A stretch of 64,000 nucleotides of DNA from Sphagnum compactum. Its lineage: Eukaryota. The stretch lies in NCBI GenBank assembly GCA_965153455.1, contig OZ234493.1:14374213-14438212 (forward strand), read 5' to 3'. The translations under genes were made by a program, and so were the position numbers. Positions 25,860 to 38,230 of the stretch are shown here, one piece after another; the stretch's first letter is position 1; each line of letters starts with the position of its first letter. The notes beneath the pieces were generated by a model that worked only from the letters and a program-made list of their open reading frames with translations, did not search any database and was not told the origin of the DNA.

Positions 25860-26173
25860 AATTAAATTGAAAAGAAGGAAAAAAACATAGTGTATGTAAA
25901 CGGTGGCCGTGTAATAATCGCTGTGAGCATGTAGAAATTGAATCTGACTATGGAAGAAACTCTCCCTGACAAAGGAATTCTAGAAAACCTAACAAGAGAA
26001 GGGAAAAGCTTGGCCTTTTATATAGTCGTCAACAAGCTAAAATCCTAAATAAGCCATAACCCTAAAGCACATAATAATACACAATAACCTAAGAACATAC
26101 ATTAACCCTAAAGGCATGATTGGCATGCCCGTAATCGGCCATCATGTATGAGGCCATGTGTACGGGCATGACA
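25860..26173 (-). repeat. Terminal repeat block B (copy 1, 5' end of the element) with a putative TATA box
   Basis: Matches 17278-17582. Begins TG on the element strand and contains TATATAAAA on the minus strand near 26016-26024. Confidence 0.9.
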
Positions 26174-26989
26174 ACTAATTACAATCATAATAAGCCAATG
26201 TTGAAAGTTGATGTTATAATTTTGTTAAATGACATCTCAAAAATGTTTAATCCAACAAATCAAAACATTCAAAAGTTAATTGGACATGTGGATGATTATT
26301 GGGAAGGATTGGTACCACCTCATTTCAAGATTAGATATCATAATCATGTTAAACATGTTGTGGTTCACATGATTGGAAAAGATTGGTGGCACTTAATCAA
26401 GCTTATGCAAAATCATGTTAGAACATTGATAATAAATGATTAAAAGCAAGGGATTTAATTAGTTATAATTCATCATGCTCACCAAATATATAATTTTGAG
26501 TTTTGAAAATTATTATTCTATGATTGTATGGTTTTACCAATGTTATACATTATAATTAAATTAATATTGACTCAAAACTTGCAAATTTGGTTGATGATGT
26601 TATTTTGTAACTAAGATAATAACATCCATTTTTACAAAATATTATTTTGTGATCATTGTAATCAGTTAAGATACTATTTTGCAAATGATGCAACTAGCAA
26701 TTATATATATTTTTTAATTGTCTAAAATGTAATTAAACATGGATATAACATTTACAAATTGTAATTGATGTGCAATTACCATAATAATATTCATTGATTT
26801 TTTACATATTGGGATGCCATCTCATAATTATTCATGAAATCAAAATTAGCAAACCCTTCAAACACATTTACAATTGTTCATTGTAATATGCATTACACAA
26901 ATCTATTTCATCAATAATAACAAATAATTTAAGATTGAAACATTTGAATCATTGACATTATAGAAATCCAATGGGTTTCACATTGCTCA

Positions 26990-27950
26990 AGAACTTGTTA
27001 CCTTTTGAATAAAAAAGATTAACAAACTTTTAAGATTTTGCATATTTCTTCAAGTTGTGATCAAAAAATGCATATAAGCTTTGCAATACACTTTCTAGCT
27101 AATGCACTAAAAGGATATCCAAAAGGGTTATGAACAACCAAGTTGGTCTTATGAACAAAACAATGTCCCATAATACCAACAAGGGCCACTTTTCTTTGAA
27201 TTACATGGTCATTCTTGTTTAATGGCCTTGGAAAACACTACTATGTCACAACCCATGTTCATCAACTTCTCAAATAATTCTTCCAACTCCATGCCACCAA
27301 ACTCAAACATGCATTTAAGCATGAAAGAAAAAATGTTGTTAAAGGTGGCATAAAGACCTATAGTTTCCACATAGAGTATGGGAATCCTAGATTCCACTTT
27401 TGGAAAATGTACAAATGGATTGAAATCCATTATACATTGTTCATTGCAGTCACTTCATCTACATTTGTTGCAATAAAAGTGGCAACAATAAATGTTATCA
27501 TGGTAACCTCCAATAAAATAACATGTATCACCTATATCATCCCCCAACCAAATCAATCAATCCAAACTTTTAACTTCATGGTCTATTGTAGGACATCCAT
27601 GGGAAAGAATATGATAAATGACAACCAATTGGACATTTTTTCTTTTCTAATCATAGATATTGGCTTAGAGTCAATCCAAGATAGAGGGTCGATCATGTGT
27701 AGTTTGATTATGTTCACTTTGAACATGCATTGAGTTTTTGTTGGAATAAAATGTGCAAACATCAATGCCAAGCATTGAAACCTTGGCTTTTTGATGGCCC
27801 TAGTGTTTCAACAAGTTGTCAAGTTTTGGAATCAAAGTTTTATGCCTACCTTCAACAAATGTGCATATTTTGCATTGGACTTGGTATATTTCACCTTTGT
27901 TATCCAAAATAGATTTACCCATGGTAGTTTAGCAATCCTAGTGTTTTAAA
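26990..27950 (-). mobile_element. Highly degraded hAT-like (ZNF862-type) transposase relic
   Basis: Minus-strand fragments FIATNVDEVTAM..WISIHLY, FGGMELEELFEKLMNMGCD..VFQG and GHCFVHKTNL (CxxH motif) resemble the hAT catalytic core; many stops. Confidence 0.55.
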
Positions 27951-30900
27951 ATTTTCTTGATCCTTCATACAATTTCATTTTCTTCTTTTAAGGAATTTCA
28001 CATGTTGAATTAAACACAAGAAGGTGAAATAATTCATCAATAAGGGGTTGGGATTTTGGTGGGCATTTTAGGGAGTTGTGAAAAAATGAAGTTGGGGGAC
28101 AAAGCTCAAGATTTCAATAATCGAGTCAAATGTGCAACTTCAACTTTTTAAAATTGTATGTTAATCGGTTTCCCATGCCTACTTGTGCACCAGATCCAAT
28201 TTTCCCTCAATGGGCCTAAACCACAAGTTTTCAAAATGCATTTCATTATCGAAGTTGAAAAAATCCCAAAGCAAACATCAATTGTAATAATGTTACAATA
28301 TATAATTCTACAACCTTGGTATTTTCCAACTACTAAACTATCACCATTGCACAAAGCCCATCCATCATGAAAATTATGATGTACACCAAAAAGTGATGTT
28401 AATGAAATATACCTTTCATTGCATCACCATTGTTGGTGAATACAATTCAATAATAGAAGTTGTGATGGCAAAGAACTTACTAGCCATGGTAGTGACATTA
28501 ATGAACAGATGTGACCTTGAAAAGGAGGGTGACGATTAGGGTTAGGGTTATTATGAATGGTGGCAATTTTCCCATGTTAGCAAGAACATTAAAAACCTTC
28601 AATTTGTTTTCCCCACGGGCCCATCATAGGTTCAAAATCTTTGTCACCTTGGGAAATATATCATGGGAAAAATAAGTCCTATAGGTAGGTAAAAGAAGTA
28701 AATGTTATTAATGTAAATAGATGTGCATGACATAGATGGATTAATGGATTGTGAATAGGTAGGTAATATATATAACAACAATTGATGTAACTACAATAGT
28801 TAGTTAGTTAGGGAACTAGAACCCAATGAAATTTTTTTCATGTCCACCCACCATCCATCCATATCTTATGGTGTTCTATTAATGTTTGTTGTTTGGTGGT
28901 TCTTTATCGATAAGGAAGCAAAAAGTGGAACAATGTAAAGACTTTTGATAAACCCAAGTATGAACAAGTTCCATATTTTTAAAGCTTTAGCTTATCAACT
29001 TCTTGGAAAAGCAAGGATATTCATCTTTGTGAAGTTGAATATCCTTGCTCCTCCTTAGCATCATGTTTTTTTGTGTTCCTGTTAATACATGTGATTAGAA
29101 AATGGAACGAGGTTTGGATTCTTTCATGTGGAGTGAGTAATGTTTTCGACTTCACAAAGATGTCATAGATTAAGAAACTAGTTTATGTTTTGCATAAAAA
29201 GATGTGGTTTGTGACAAGTGCCATGGTTTTGTTTTATGTTCTTAATTTTCAAGAAGTAATGAAACTATAGGGTGGAGCTTGGATAATTTTAGTCTTATGG
29301 AAAGTGCCATGGTTTTGTTTGTTTTAGTGCAATTCCCTAGTAGTGTGAAATTGTGTTTTGGTTTTGTCATGTTAACTGCATGAAAGTTGCAATTTGTAAT
29401 TTTGTTTTGTTTGTGCAACATGGTGAAAGATGCATGAGGCCACTTTCTTGTTTTTTTTGTTGAGTTTGAAATTTTGGAAGGGATTTTATTTTGATTTCTT
29501 TGTGTTTCTTGATTTTCTTGTTTTTGTTACACTTGTTTGTTTGTTCTAGGGGAAATTGTTTTGGAGAGAAGTTGTTTCAATTTTTTTCATCTTTTTGTTT
29601 CTTGCATTATTTTGTTTGTTTATTTTTGTTAAGCTTAGGAAATTTGGAAGCAATTGTCCAATTTGTTTTTGAAATTTTCATGGTTTTTGTTTTTGTTGTT
29701 CATAATTCCTTGAGGATTTTGAAGCTCAATTGGGTTTTAGTATTTAGAGTTTTAGAGGTTGGCTTGATTGTGATTAACTTTGAAAAGGAAGATAATGGAA
29801 AGAAATAAAAAGGTGAAAAGAAGTATTTATTGGGTTAGAATTTTTTCACTTTAACATTTGAAACATTGGGTAGAAACATATTGTGTCAACACATGTGCCA
29901 CTTCATCCTTTAGCAACAATGCAATAGTCACTATTACAAACTATAGTTTTTTTTGCTAGTCATTTTAGTCATAGTGCTATTTGTTTAATTTGATTAACAA
30001 TGTTTGATTTCACTAACCTAAAAAATAGGTATGTTCGTTTTGATTGAAAAAAACTAGCAACTTGATCAAATTGGATAATAGGGTAAACACATGGTAGTTG
30101 TGGCATTTAAATGGATTTGTTCAACTTGAAAAAAGATGATTAATGTGATTGAAATTAGTCACCTACATCTAACTAAATGTGATTATATTACAATTTTTTG
30201 ATAATGTGGTAATAAAATTGAAAATATTGGAAATGGTTTACTAATGCAATATGGTGCATACACATTGCCCATCAAGCTTAATGTCTTCAAATTGCTGATG
30301 TTGTGATTTAAATTTAGTAACTTCTTGTTACAAGTGGGGTATTATGGATAGGAATGTAAAAAACTTTAGGTTATGGTGAAGTTCAACTTCTTGTTTCCAA
30401 TACTTTACAATGTGTTATTTGCATAAATTTTGTAAAATGTGATTGAAAAATCTTAATTTCTAGTTCTTGGTTTGAATTAAATTAAATTTGGATTCAATAT
30501 TTTCATTTGAATGGAACTTAATTTTCACAAAATAAATTCATTTTTTTCCATTGCTGGCAATTGATGATCACTAATAGTGCATAACAATGTGATTCCAAGT
30601 TTAATTCAAATTTGATTGAAGAAAAATGAGATGAAAATTAGTGCAAAAGGCATTAAACTTATGACTATGACGTTGGAAAAAAACTATGAAAAACCACAAA
30701 TCTAAAAAACCACCTATGTGTTCCTCTTTAATCAAGAATTGACTAAATAAATTCCAATTTTGAATCATCATTCAAAAGGATGAAACCTAAAGGTGTTCTA
30801 CCTAAACCAACTTCAATGAATCGTTAGCATTATTTTTATTCTTAAGCAAATGTTTTAAATTGATGTTTGATTTGTTAGCAATTAACAAAAAGTTAAAACA

Positions 30901-31174
30901 TAACATTAAATTGAATTATTTTGTTGATGAAAAAAGTTTGAAGACAAAAGAAACATTCCAAATAGATAGATATATGTAGCACTAAATATATGAAAAGCCA
31001 CTTGAAATTTCCAAAACAAAAGACACAAAATTCAACTTTATGGTGCCCTCCAAATACACCAAGAATTTTTTGTAGGAGCCCAAAAAGCATTTGGTAAAAT
31101 GTTGCAATAAAACATGTAGATAGATTCGAGACAAAAAGTTTTGCTACAAATGAAGAACCCTAAACCCTAAACCT

Positions 31175-32230
31175 TGAAGCAATGCAAGATTCTTGAGCAT
31201 ATTGAATGGGATGCAATAGGAACATCTGCCCATAAAAAATTTGAAGCAAATGCAAAGGGTTCTTGAGCAGATTGAAGAGCATCCAATATGAAGATCTGGC
31301 CATAGAGAAATTGAAACAATAATGCAGAATTCTTGAGCAGATTGAAGTTAATGCAATATGGAAGATCTGGCCATAGAGAAATTGAAACAAGAATGCAGGA
31401 TTCTTGAGCAAGATTGAAGTTCATGCAATATGGAAGATCTGGCCATAGAGAAATTGAAACAATAATGCAGGATTCTTGAGCAGATTGAAGAGGATGCAAT
31501 ATGAAGACCTGGCCATAGAGAATTGAAGCAATTGAAACAACAATGCCAGATTCTTGAGCAGATTGAAGAGGATGCAATATGAAGATCTGGCCATAGAGAA
31601 ATCGAAACAATCCAGGATTCTTGAACAGATTGAAGTTAATGCAATTTGGAAGATCTGGCAATAGAGAAATTGAAACAATAATGCAGGATTCTTGAGCAGA
31701 TTAAAGGGAATGCAATAAGAAGATCTGCCGAGAGACAATTGAACCAATTGAACCAAGAGGATGCAATATGAAGATCTGGCCATAGAGAAATTGAAACAAT
31801 CCAGGATTCTTGAACAGATTGAAGTTAATGCAATTTGGAAGATCTGGCAATAGAGAAAGTGAAACAATAATGCAGGATTCTTGAGCAGATTGAAGGGAAT
31901 GCAATAAGAAGATCTGCCGAGAGACAATTGAACCAATTGAACGAATAACTGATCTAGAAATTGAAACAATAATGCAGGATTCTTGAGCAGATTGAAAGGG
32001 ATGCAATAGGAAGATCTGCCCATAGAGAATTGAAGCAGATGCAGAATTGTTGAGCAGATTGAAGGGCATGCAGCAGAAAGATGTACCCATAGAGAAATGG
32101 AAACAAATGCAGGATTCTTGAGCCAGAAAGAAAAAGATGGTGCAATAGGAAGATCTGCCGTTAGTGAAATGCAAACAATAATGCAAGATTCTTGAGCAGA
32201 TTGAAGGGGATGATTCTTGAGCAGATTCTA
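31175..32230. repeat. Tandem satellite of about 70 bp (about 15 units) with higher-order duplication
   Basis: Unit approx. gattcttgagcagattgaag(aggat/ttaat)gcaatatg(g)aagatctggccatagagaaattgaaacaataatgca, with a period of 70-71 at 31261/31331/31402. Confidence 0.92.
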
Positions 32231-32274
32231 GGTCTGGAACAATAATGTCCATTTTGCTTTCTTTTTTTCAGAGG

Positions 32275-35063
32275 TCAATGCTGCAGGGACCAGATGTTTT
32301 CTCTGCTGCGGATGGGCTGTGGCAATGGTGTACGTTTTGCCACAATCTCCCTTTGTTGTTTGGATTCTTCATGTCGTCTTTTGGGTTGCTCCTTGCTTCG
32401 ACAATGAACTGAATTCCCACCCATTCTTATGTCTGTGGTGACCCTGCACATCTGTTTTCGCAAAGTAAACAATAAATCCTTTGTTAGCTGTTGTGAGTGA
32501 TTGTCTACAATCTCGTTCTCATCATCTTCCAACCCATTCCTACTCTCTGTCTGTGTGCGCAGGAGTCTGTGTACCCACCAGGGTTTTCTTTTTTTTACAA
32601 TTTTGTCAAGTAGGTGGACAAATTTGGAGGAGAAAAAACATGGGTAGAGATAGAGCACGCACCTCCTGTGCTGTGGTACCAGCAGAAGCAGTTTCCTCTG
32701 TTTCATCCACAACAAAAGAGTTTCCCATGAGCAGGATTTGGCGGTCCATAAGAGAGAGACTCTTCTGGTGACCCTTCTTGTCTTGTGGTTGTACAGAACA
32801 CAGCTCCATGGTTGCAACATCTTGTGCCTGTTCCAACCTTTCAAGATTTGTGATACCCAACTTCTTTTCAGCTTCTATTAGCTCTTGGGTATGCTTCTTT
32901 GCCACTCCTTCCAGGAGGGGATTGGAACTTACAGCAACAGCAGCTGCCTGTTGATGATGAAGATGATGATCCCTTGATGATTCAATCATCATCACCTTGT
33001 CCCTACCCCCTGTGAGATCTATCAGACAAAAGGCTTCCTTGATCTTCCTCCCAGACACTTGCTCAAGGTGTAGTAATTGCTGCATTGAAGACAATGTAGT
33101 CTCTTGCACAGCCGCCCTTGCAACACTGATGTCATGCAAAACTTTCTGTTCTGTAGCCAAGGTTTTGAGCACCCCATTCTGTGTGTTCATGATGTGCTCC
33201 ATCCTCTGTAGTTGTGATCTCATGGTGTGCACTTTGTGATGCGATGCCGCCTGTCCATGGTTTTGGGGTTTAGGGTCTTGTGATTGTCACATGGCAGAAG
33301 AGATCAGGACTTATCCATGACCTCATGATACCTTCAGCTCTTATTCCTCTATATTCTCTTCAACTAGGTTATGAACAAACTTTTGTTTTTTCATGAATTT
33401 TTCATCTTGTGGTATTGTGAGAAGTCTCTCTGAAGGATATCAATTCCTCTACAGTTTTTCTCTCTCTATAGTCTTTGTGTTTTCCTTTTTAGTACATGAT
33501 TTTTCCCCCCAATTTTTTTTGTCTCTAGTGTTTTTAGTCCATACTGTTCCCAAGTTTTGCAAATGTAGTTGAGAGAGTCACCTGAACTTTCTGAACATCA
33601 GCCCTCAGGACTTGCATGTTTAGAACGGCTTCTGTTTTGAAGGCCTCAGTTGCAGACACAACAGCTTCCACTTCCCTCTTCACGCCATCGAATGCAGCAG
33701 CAAGCACTGCTTGTTGTTGCTTTTCACTTTCTTTCTCACCCTATAACTGACCCACTTCAGAACCACAGAAGAATAGATCCACAGGAAATGTAGTGCACAC
33801 GGGTGAAAGACAAAGTTTTCAACTACTCCATGATTGCTGTTTCTAGATCTCAGAAGAAACAACATTTTTGGACATAGCCTAAAAGCAGCTCCAGCTGTGC
33901 TCAGTATGTAACCCTGCAAAAATATTTCTCACATCCAAGTTTAATTATTTACTTTTTTCCGAGACTACTAATAGCAACCCACCTGGACCGATCATTATTA
34001 TGATTAGCCAATCAGAAATAGGGAGCAGCAGTCAGATCATAATTATTACACTCTTCTCTGGCAGGTGTTAGGCTTTGCTGTACCTTTTACCAGCCTCAGC
34101 AAACTCTGCCAAAATGCTGGGGGACAAAACCATTTTGCTGAGCCAAACTGGTATGTTTTGACTTTTCTTCATCCAATTTTAATTTGCAGGATCACATACT
34201 GAGCACCACTGGAGCTGCTCTAACACGACAAAAAGGGTCACCAGAAGATTGATGCAAAATAAGGACTTTGCTTCAAGATGCAAAAAAGAAATGCTGTCAG
34301 GGGGTTGATTTGGAAGGTGATTTCAGGTGATTTGCAATATGTGAGATAAAATGGGTGCTCTCTCCAGTGGCAAATTAGCATACCTCCAGCCTGATGTTCT
34401 CTTGAAGACTCTTGTGTAAGTAGGCCCCAGTAGCTTCTAACTTCAATTTCACATCCATGAGCTCGTTCTGGAGATTTTCTCGCTCTGATGCAAGATTTGA
34501 TGCCAGGTCCTTTGCAATTGTATCATTTTGATTCAAGAGGCCGTTCTCTTTTTTATCAGAACACGGGTTATCAACCTGCTTGATATCCAATTGAGCAACA
34601 GATTCATGACTGAGAATGATTGTATGAAGAAATTGACAAGCCTTTTGATTTTGTGCTATGTATGTGTGGATTGTAGCTCATGGAAAGCATTGATACATGA
34701 GATGAACGCAGGATGACAATCAGATCTGAGAGAAAAAGCATGACAAGAGCTCTCACATGCTATCATCAACTGCTGTTTTAACTGCTGGCAAAGTGAAATG
34801 AAGCACAAACTGCATGACAAAGTCCTGAACTGCTAATGCAGCAAAAAAATCACCTTCTCTGATGCTGCTGCCTGAAGTTGGCTCTTGAGGCTTGCAATTT
34901 CTGATTCATTCTGAGCAATTTCTTTCTCCAGCCCTTCCATACTTTTCAAGGCTTTTAAAAACATGTCTTTCCATGTATCCCTCTCCTCAACCAGAGCCTC
35001 TTTAACCCTTCTCTCCTTTTCCATTTCGTCTCGCAGAAGCCTAAGCTCTTTTTCCATTCTCAT
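32275..35063 (-). CDS. Uncharacterised coiled-coil protein; exons approx. 35063-34854, ~34580-34384, 33740-33582, 33250-~32662, ~32552-32275 (ends uncertain)
   Basis: Heptad-rich ORFs (MEKELRLLRDEMEKERRVKEALVEERD..., LASERENLQNELMDVKLKLE). Several junctions are frame-consistent GT-AG. No family recognised; further upstream exons are possible. Confidence 0.6.
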
Positions 35064-37864
35064 GTGGGCCCAAGACCGCAGCCACCGTAATGTGCCAAAA
35101 CCTGAAATGGAATGTACTCTAAATGCTAATGACAATTTGAGCTTTGCAAGTCTTCGAAAACCTCTCAAATATTGCAACAGGACTGTATATGTGTTCTACT
35201 GCTAACCACCTTACACTTTGCAATTTATTATAAGTTTCTCAATGTTGTAACACTTCTTCAAATAGAACTTTGCCATTTCTTCACATGTACTGCAACGTTT
35301 CAGTGCAAGTTTTTCTCAATTTTGAACCAACAGCACAAAACTCTGGAGTGGCTTGGAGAAGAACTATACAGCTGCAAACGTCTGCCAGGATCCACACATA
35401 ACATACAGATCAATAATGTACAAATGGGTGTCAAGAAATTACAAAACTCCTTGAAGCTCTGAATAGAAGCACCACAAAGAAAGATGAAGTTCTAAATTGA
35501 GGTACAGAGAAATACTAAATTGCTTGTAATTGGTGCAAAGACTTTGCAGGTTTTATGGACTGCAGAGAATGGGTACTTAGGAGTTTGTATGTAGCATCAT
35601 CAGCACTGCAATTGGAGGCAAAAGGTAAGTCCCTCTCTTCCTTGCCAATCCAATGCACAACAACAAAGAGAGTAGAACCAAAAGCAGTTACCTAAATTTG
35701 CAAGTTAGTTAGGGGGTGTTGTGTTAGTAGAAATGGTTGATATGAAATGAGTTGCATGATTCTCGGATGAACTTGTTGATGACATTATTAATCTGTGAGT
35801 CATAACTGGATGATTTCCTATATGAGGTTGTTGTTGGCCTCTAAATTGTTTGAACTTTCTACAACTTATGCATGTATGTCCCTTGAGCTTTCCATCCATC
35901 ATGCTTCGGACAAAAGCCATCCATCTTCTTCCATTGTCATTAGAGACAAAAATAAACCTTAAAGGTTATATTCATGTAACTATACACTTCCCAAAAACTT
36001 GACCAAAAAACTCCATCATCAAAGGCCAAGTCACACATGGTGTTTAGGCCCTAGTAGCAATTGACATACCTTAACATTGTAAGATTGCCATGGAGCATCA
36101 ATGGTGGCATTTATCATCATTAGCTTAAGAATTCCAATTTAAAGAGCACCTTAGTTGCCCACACCAGCTACTAGATGGCAACTACCATGAAATGCCAACA
36201 TCAAATTTTGAAGCACATCCAAACATGTTTTTATGATACCTAGTTCCGATATGTTTGGAAGAATATATATATTTTTTCTTTGTTGAAGGTGATGGAGCCA
36301 AGAGTTTGTTGTTTCATCATATCAATTTTTTGAGATGTTTGTGAAAACCTTTTTGGAGGTAATGGAACCTCATAATTCCTTATTTCATTGGCAATGATGT
36401 GGTGGGTGTCATATGGAATAAGAGAAACTCGGAATTCCATAGGGTGTAGTAATTTGAACCTTGCACAAATTTCCAACAACTTTAGGTCACTTTGCAACAT
36501 GCATTTTAATAAAGAAATTGGGTGACTTTGAATAGATTGGTAGTTCAAAAGCAAGTGAGATGGTGATATACCGAGTTGCCAACTAGGATTTGTTGTTTGG
36601 TGGCACTTCAAAGACTTTGGGCCATTGGTAGTATAGTATATAAGAATATGCGTGATATCAACATTTGTACCAAGGACCTTACTAGATTGGTATGAGACTT
36701 GAGGCGATACCAACCTTGTACTAGTATCAATCTAGTAGGGACCTCAATTAGGTTATCCCGGCCTTGTACTAATTTTATACCACATTAGGTGTATAGTGCA
36801 TACATGCTTCATACCAGCCCAAAATCAATCTTGAACCCAATAAAGAGAAGGTTGGTATGAAAGTTTTTCAGTACCCATTACAAGGACTACCTTGATAGGT
36901 TCAAAACTTAATGCCAAACCAACATTGGTTTGGAATAGGGTTCATTTTTACTAACCTTAACACATTGTGAACACTAGACCAAACACCGAGCATGGGTGGG
37001 CTAGGCTTAAAAGATAAAACTACAACCCTCCCTTGGAATTCAAATTAACCCACACTTGTGGGTAGAGCTAATGATGAAATGATAATAAACAATCGTGGTT
37101 CACATTTGCAATGATTTTTTTATAAGTATTTGACATTTAGCACCACGTCTTGCACTCTTTTCCCACCTATCATTTATAAGTAGTGTGACAAATAACAAAT
37201 GGGTGAGGTGGTAAAATATATTGGAAATTTAAGTTCTCATTCTTATTTATTACTAGTAACTAGCTACCATTTTGAAACTTAATTGTTCAATATCACAAAT
37301 TCCTCTCCAAGTTTTTCCCATGTCTATGTATGTAGATGTTCACATAGTTGCACTGTAATGGTGATGATCACACTAGGATGCATAAATAGTTGGTGATGAT
37401 CATACTAGGATGCATAAATAGTTAGAACAAAAATTTTGAGGAATGGCAAGGGAAAGGGAAGAACACCTTCTCACTATTGCCTTGGAAACTTGGAGCCTAC
37501 ACAAGTTTCAGTGTTCATAAAATGTAAGTACGCAAAATGTGCCACACAAAGAAAAACTAGGTGGCCTAAGATTTCACACAATACCTAATACAAGGAATAG
37601 GTGGAACAAGATAGATGAATTCCAAAAAATTAATTCAAAGATTCCCAAAAACATCAAAATATCATAACCTTTTCAAACCATAGGCCCCCAATTTTGCATT
37701 TGATATCGTTGAATAGCCTTTGATGACTCAATGGACATATAATTTGATGTAAGTAACTTGATAATTATGTAATTATTTAGGAGGTTAAAATAAATAACTT
37801 ATTAGGTGGTGAGGTTTTACAATTTAATAATAATTTGGTGAGTCATCATCAATTAGTTATGGTT

Positions 37865-38230
37865 TCAATTAATGTGCATGATTCAAATATGATGACTCAT
37901 TAAAAAAAGTCATTGCACAAATTAATATGCATAACTCAAACATGATGATTCACCAAAAAAATCATACTACAAATTAATATGCATAATTCAAAGATGATAA
38001 CTCATTAGAATAATCATGGTACAAATTAATATGTATGATTCAAAAATGATGACTCATTAAAGTCATGTGCTTGACTTAAGAATAATGACCCGCTATAAAA
38101 GTAATGTTATAAATTCAAAATGCAGAATAAAAAAATGATGAATTACTATACAAATAATATTACAAATTAATCTGCATGACTCAGAAATGATTACTATTAT
38201 AAAAGTCATGCTACAAATTAATGTGCATGT
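37865..38230. repeat. Degenerate tandem repeat of about 55 bp
   Basis: Recurring acaaattaatatgcat(a/g)a(c/t)tcaaa..tgatgactcatt blocks. Confidence 0.65.

Larger units (their letters stand above)
17103..26173 (-). mobile_element. Degenerate Ty3/Gypsy-type retrotransposon carrying a DNMT3-like methyltransferase and a PHD finger, bounded by split direct repeats
   Basis: Domain order Gag-PR-(DNMT)-RT-RH-IN-(PHD). Element-strand ends are TGTCATG (26173) and ...CACAACA (17103). ACTA is duplicated at 17099-17102 and 26174-26177. Many stops and frameshifts. Confidence 0.92.

Noticed and set aside
31160-32252. Several long ORFs (164-200 aa) with repeated peptides; superficially CRISPR-like periodicity
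   Set aside because: By-products of the 70-bp satellite. There are no unique spacers and no cas genes, and the context is eukaryotic.
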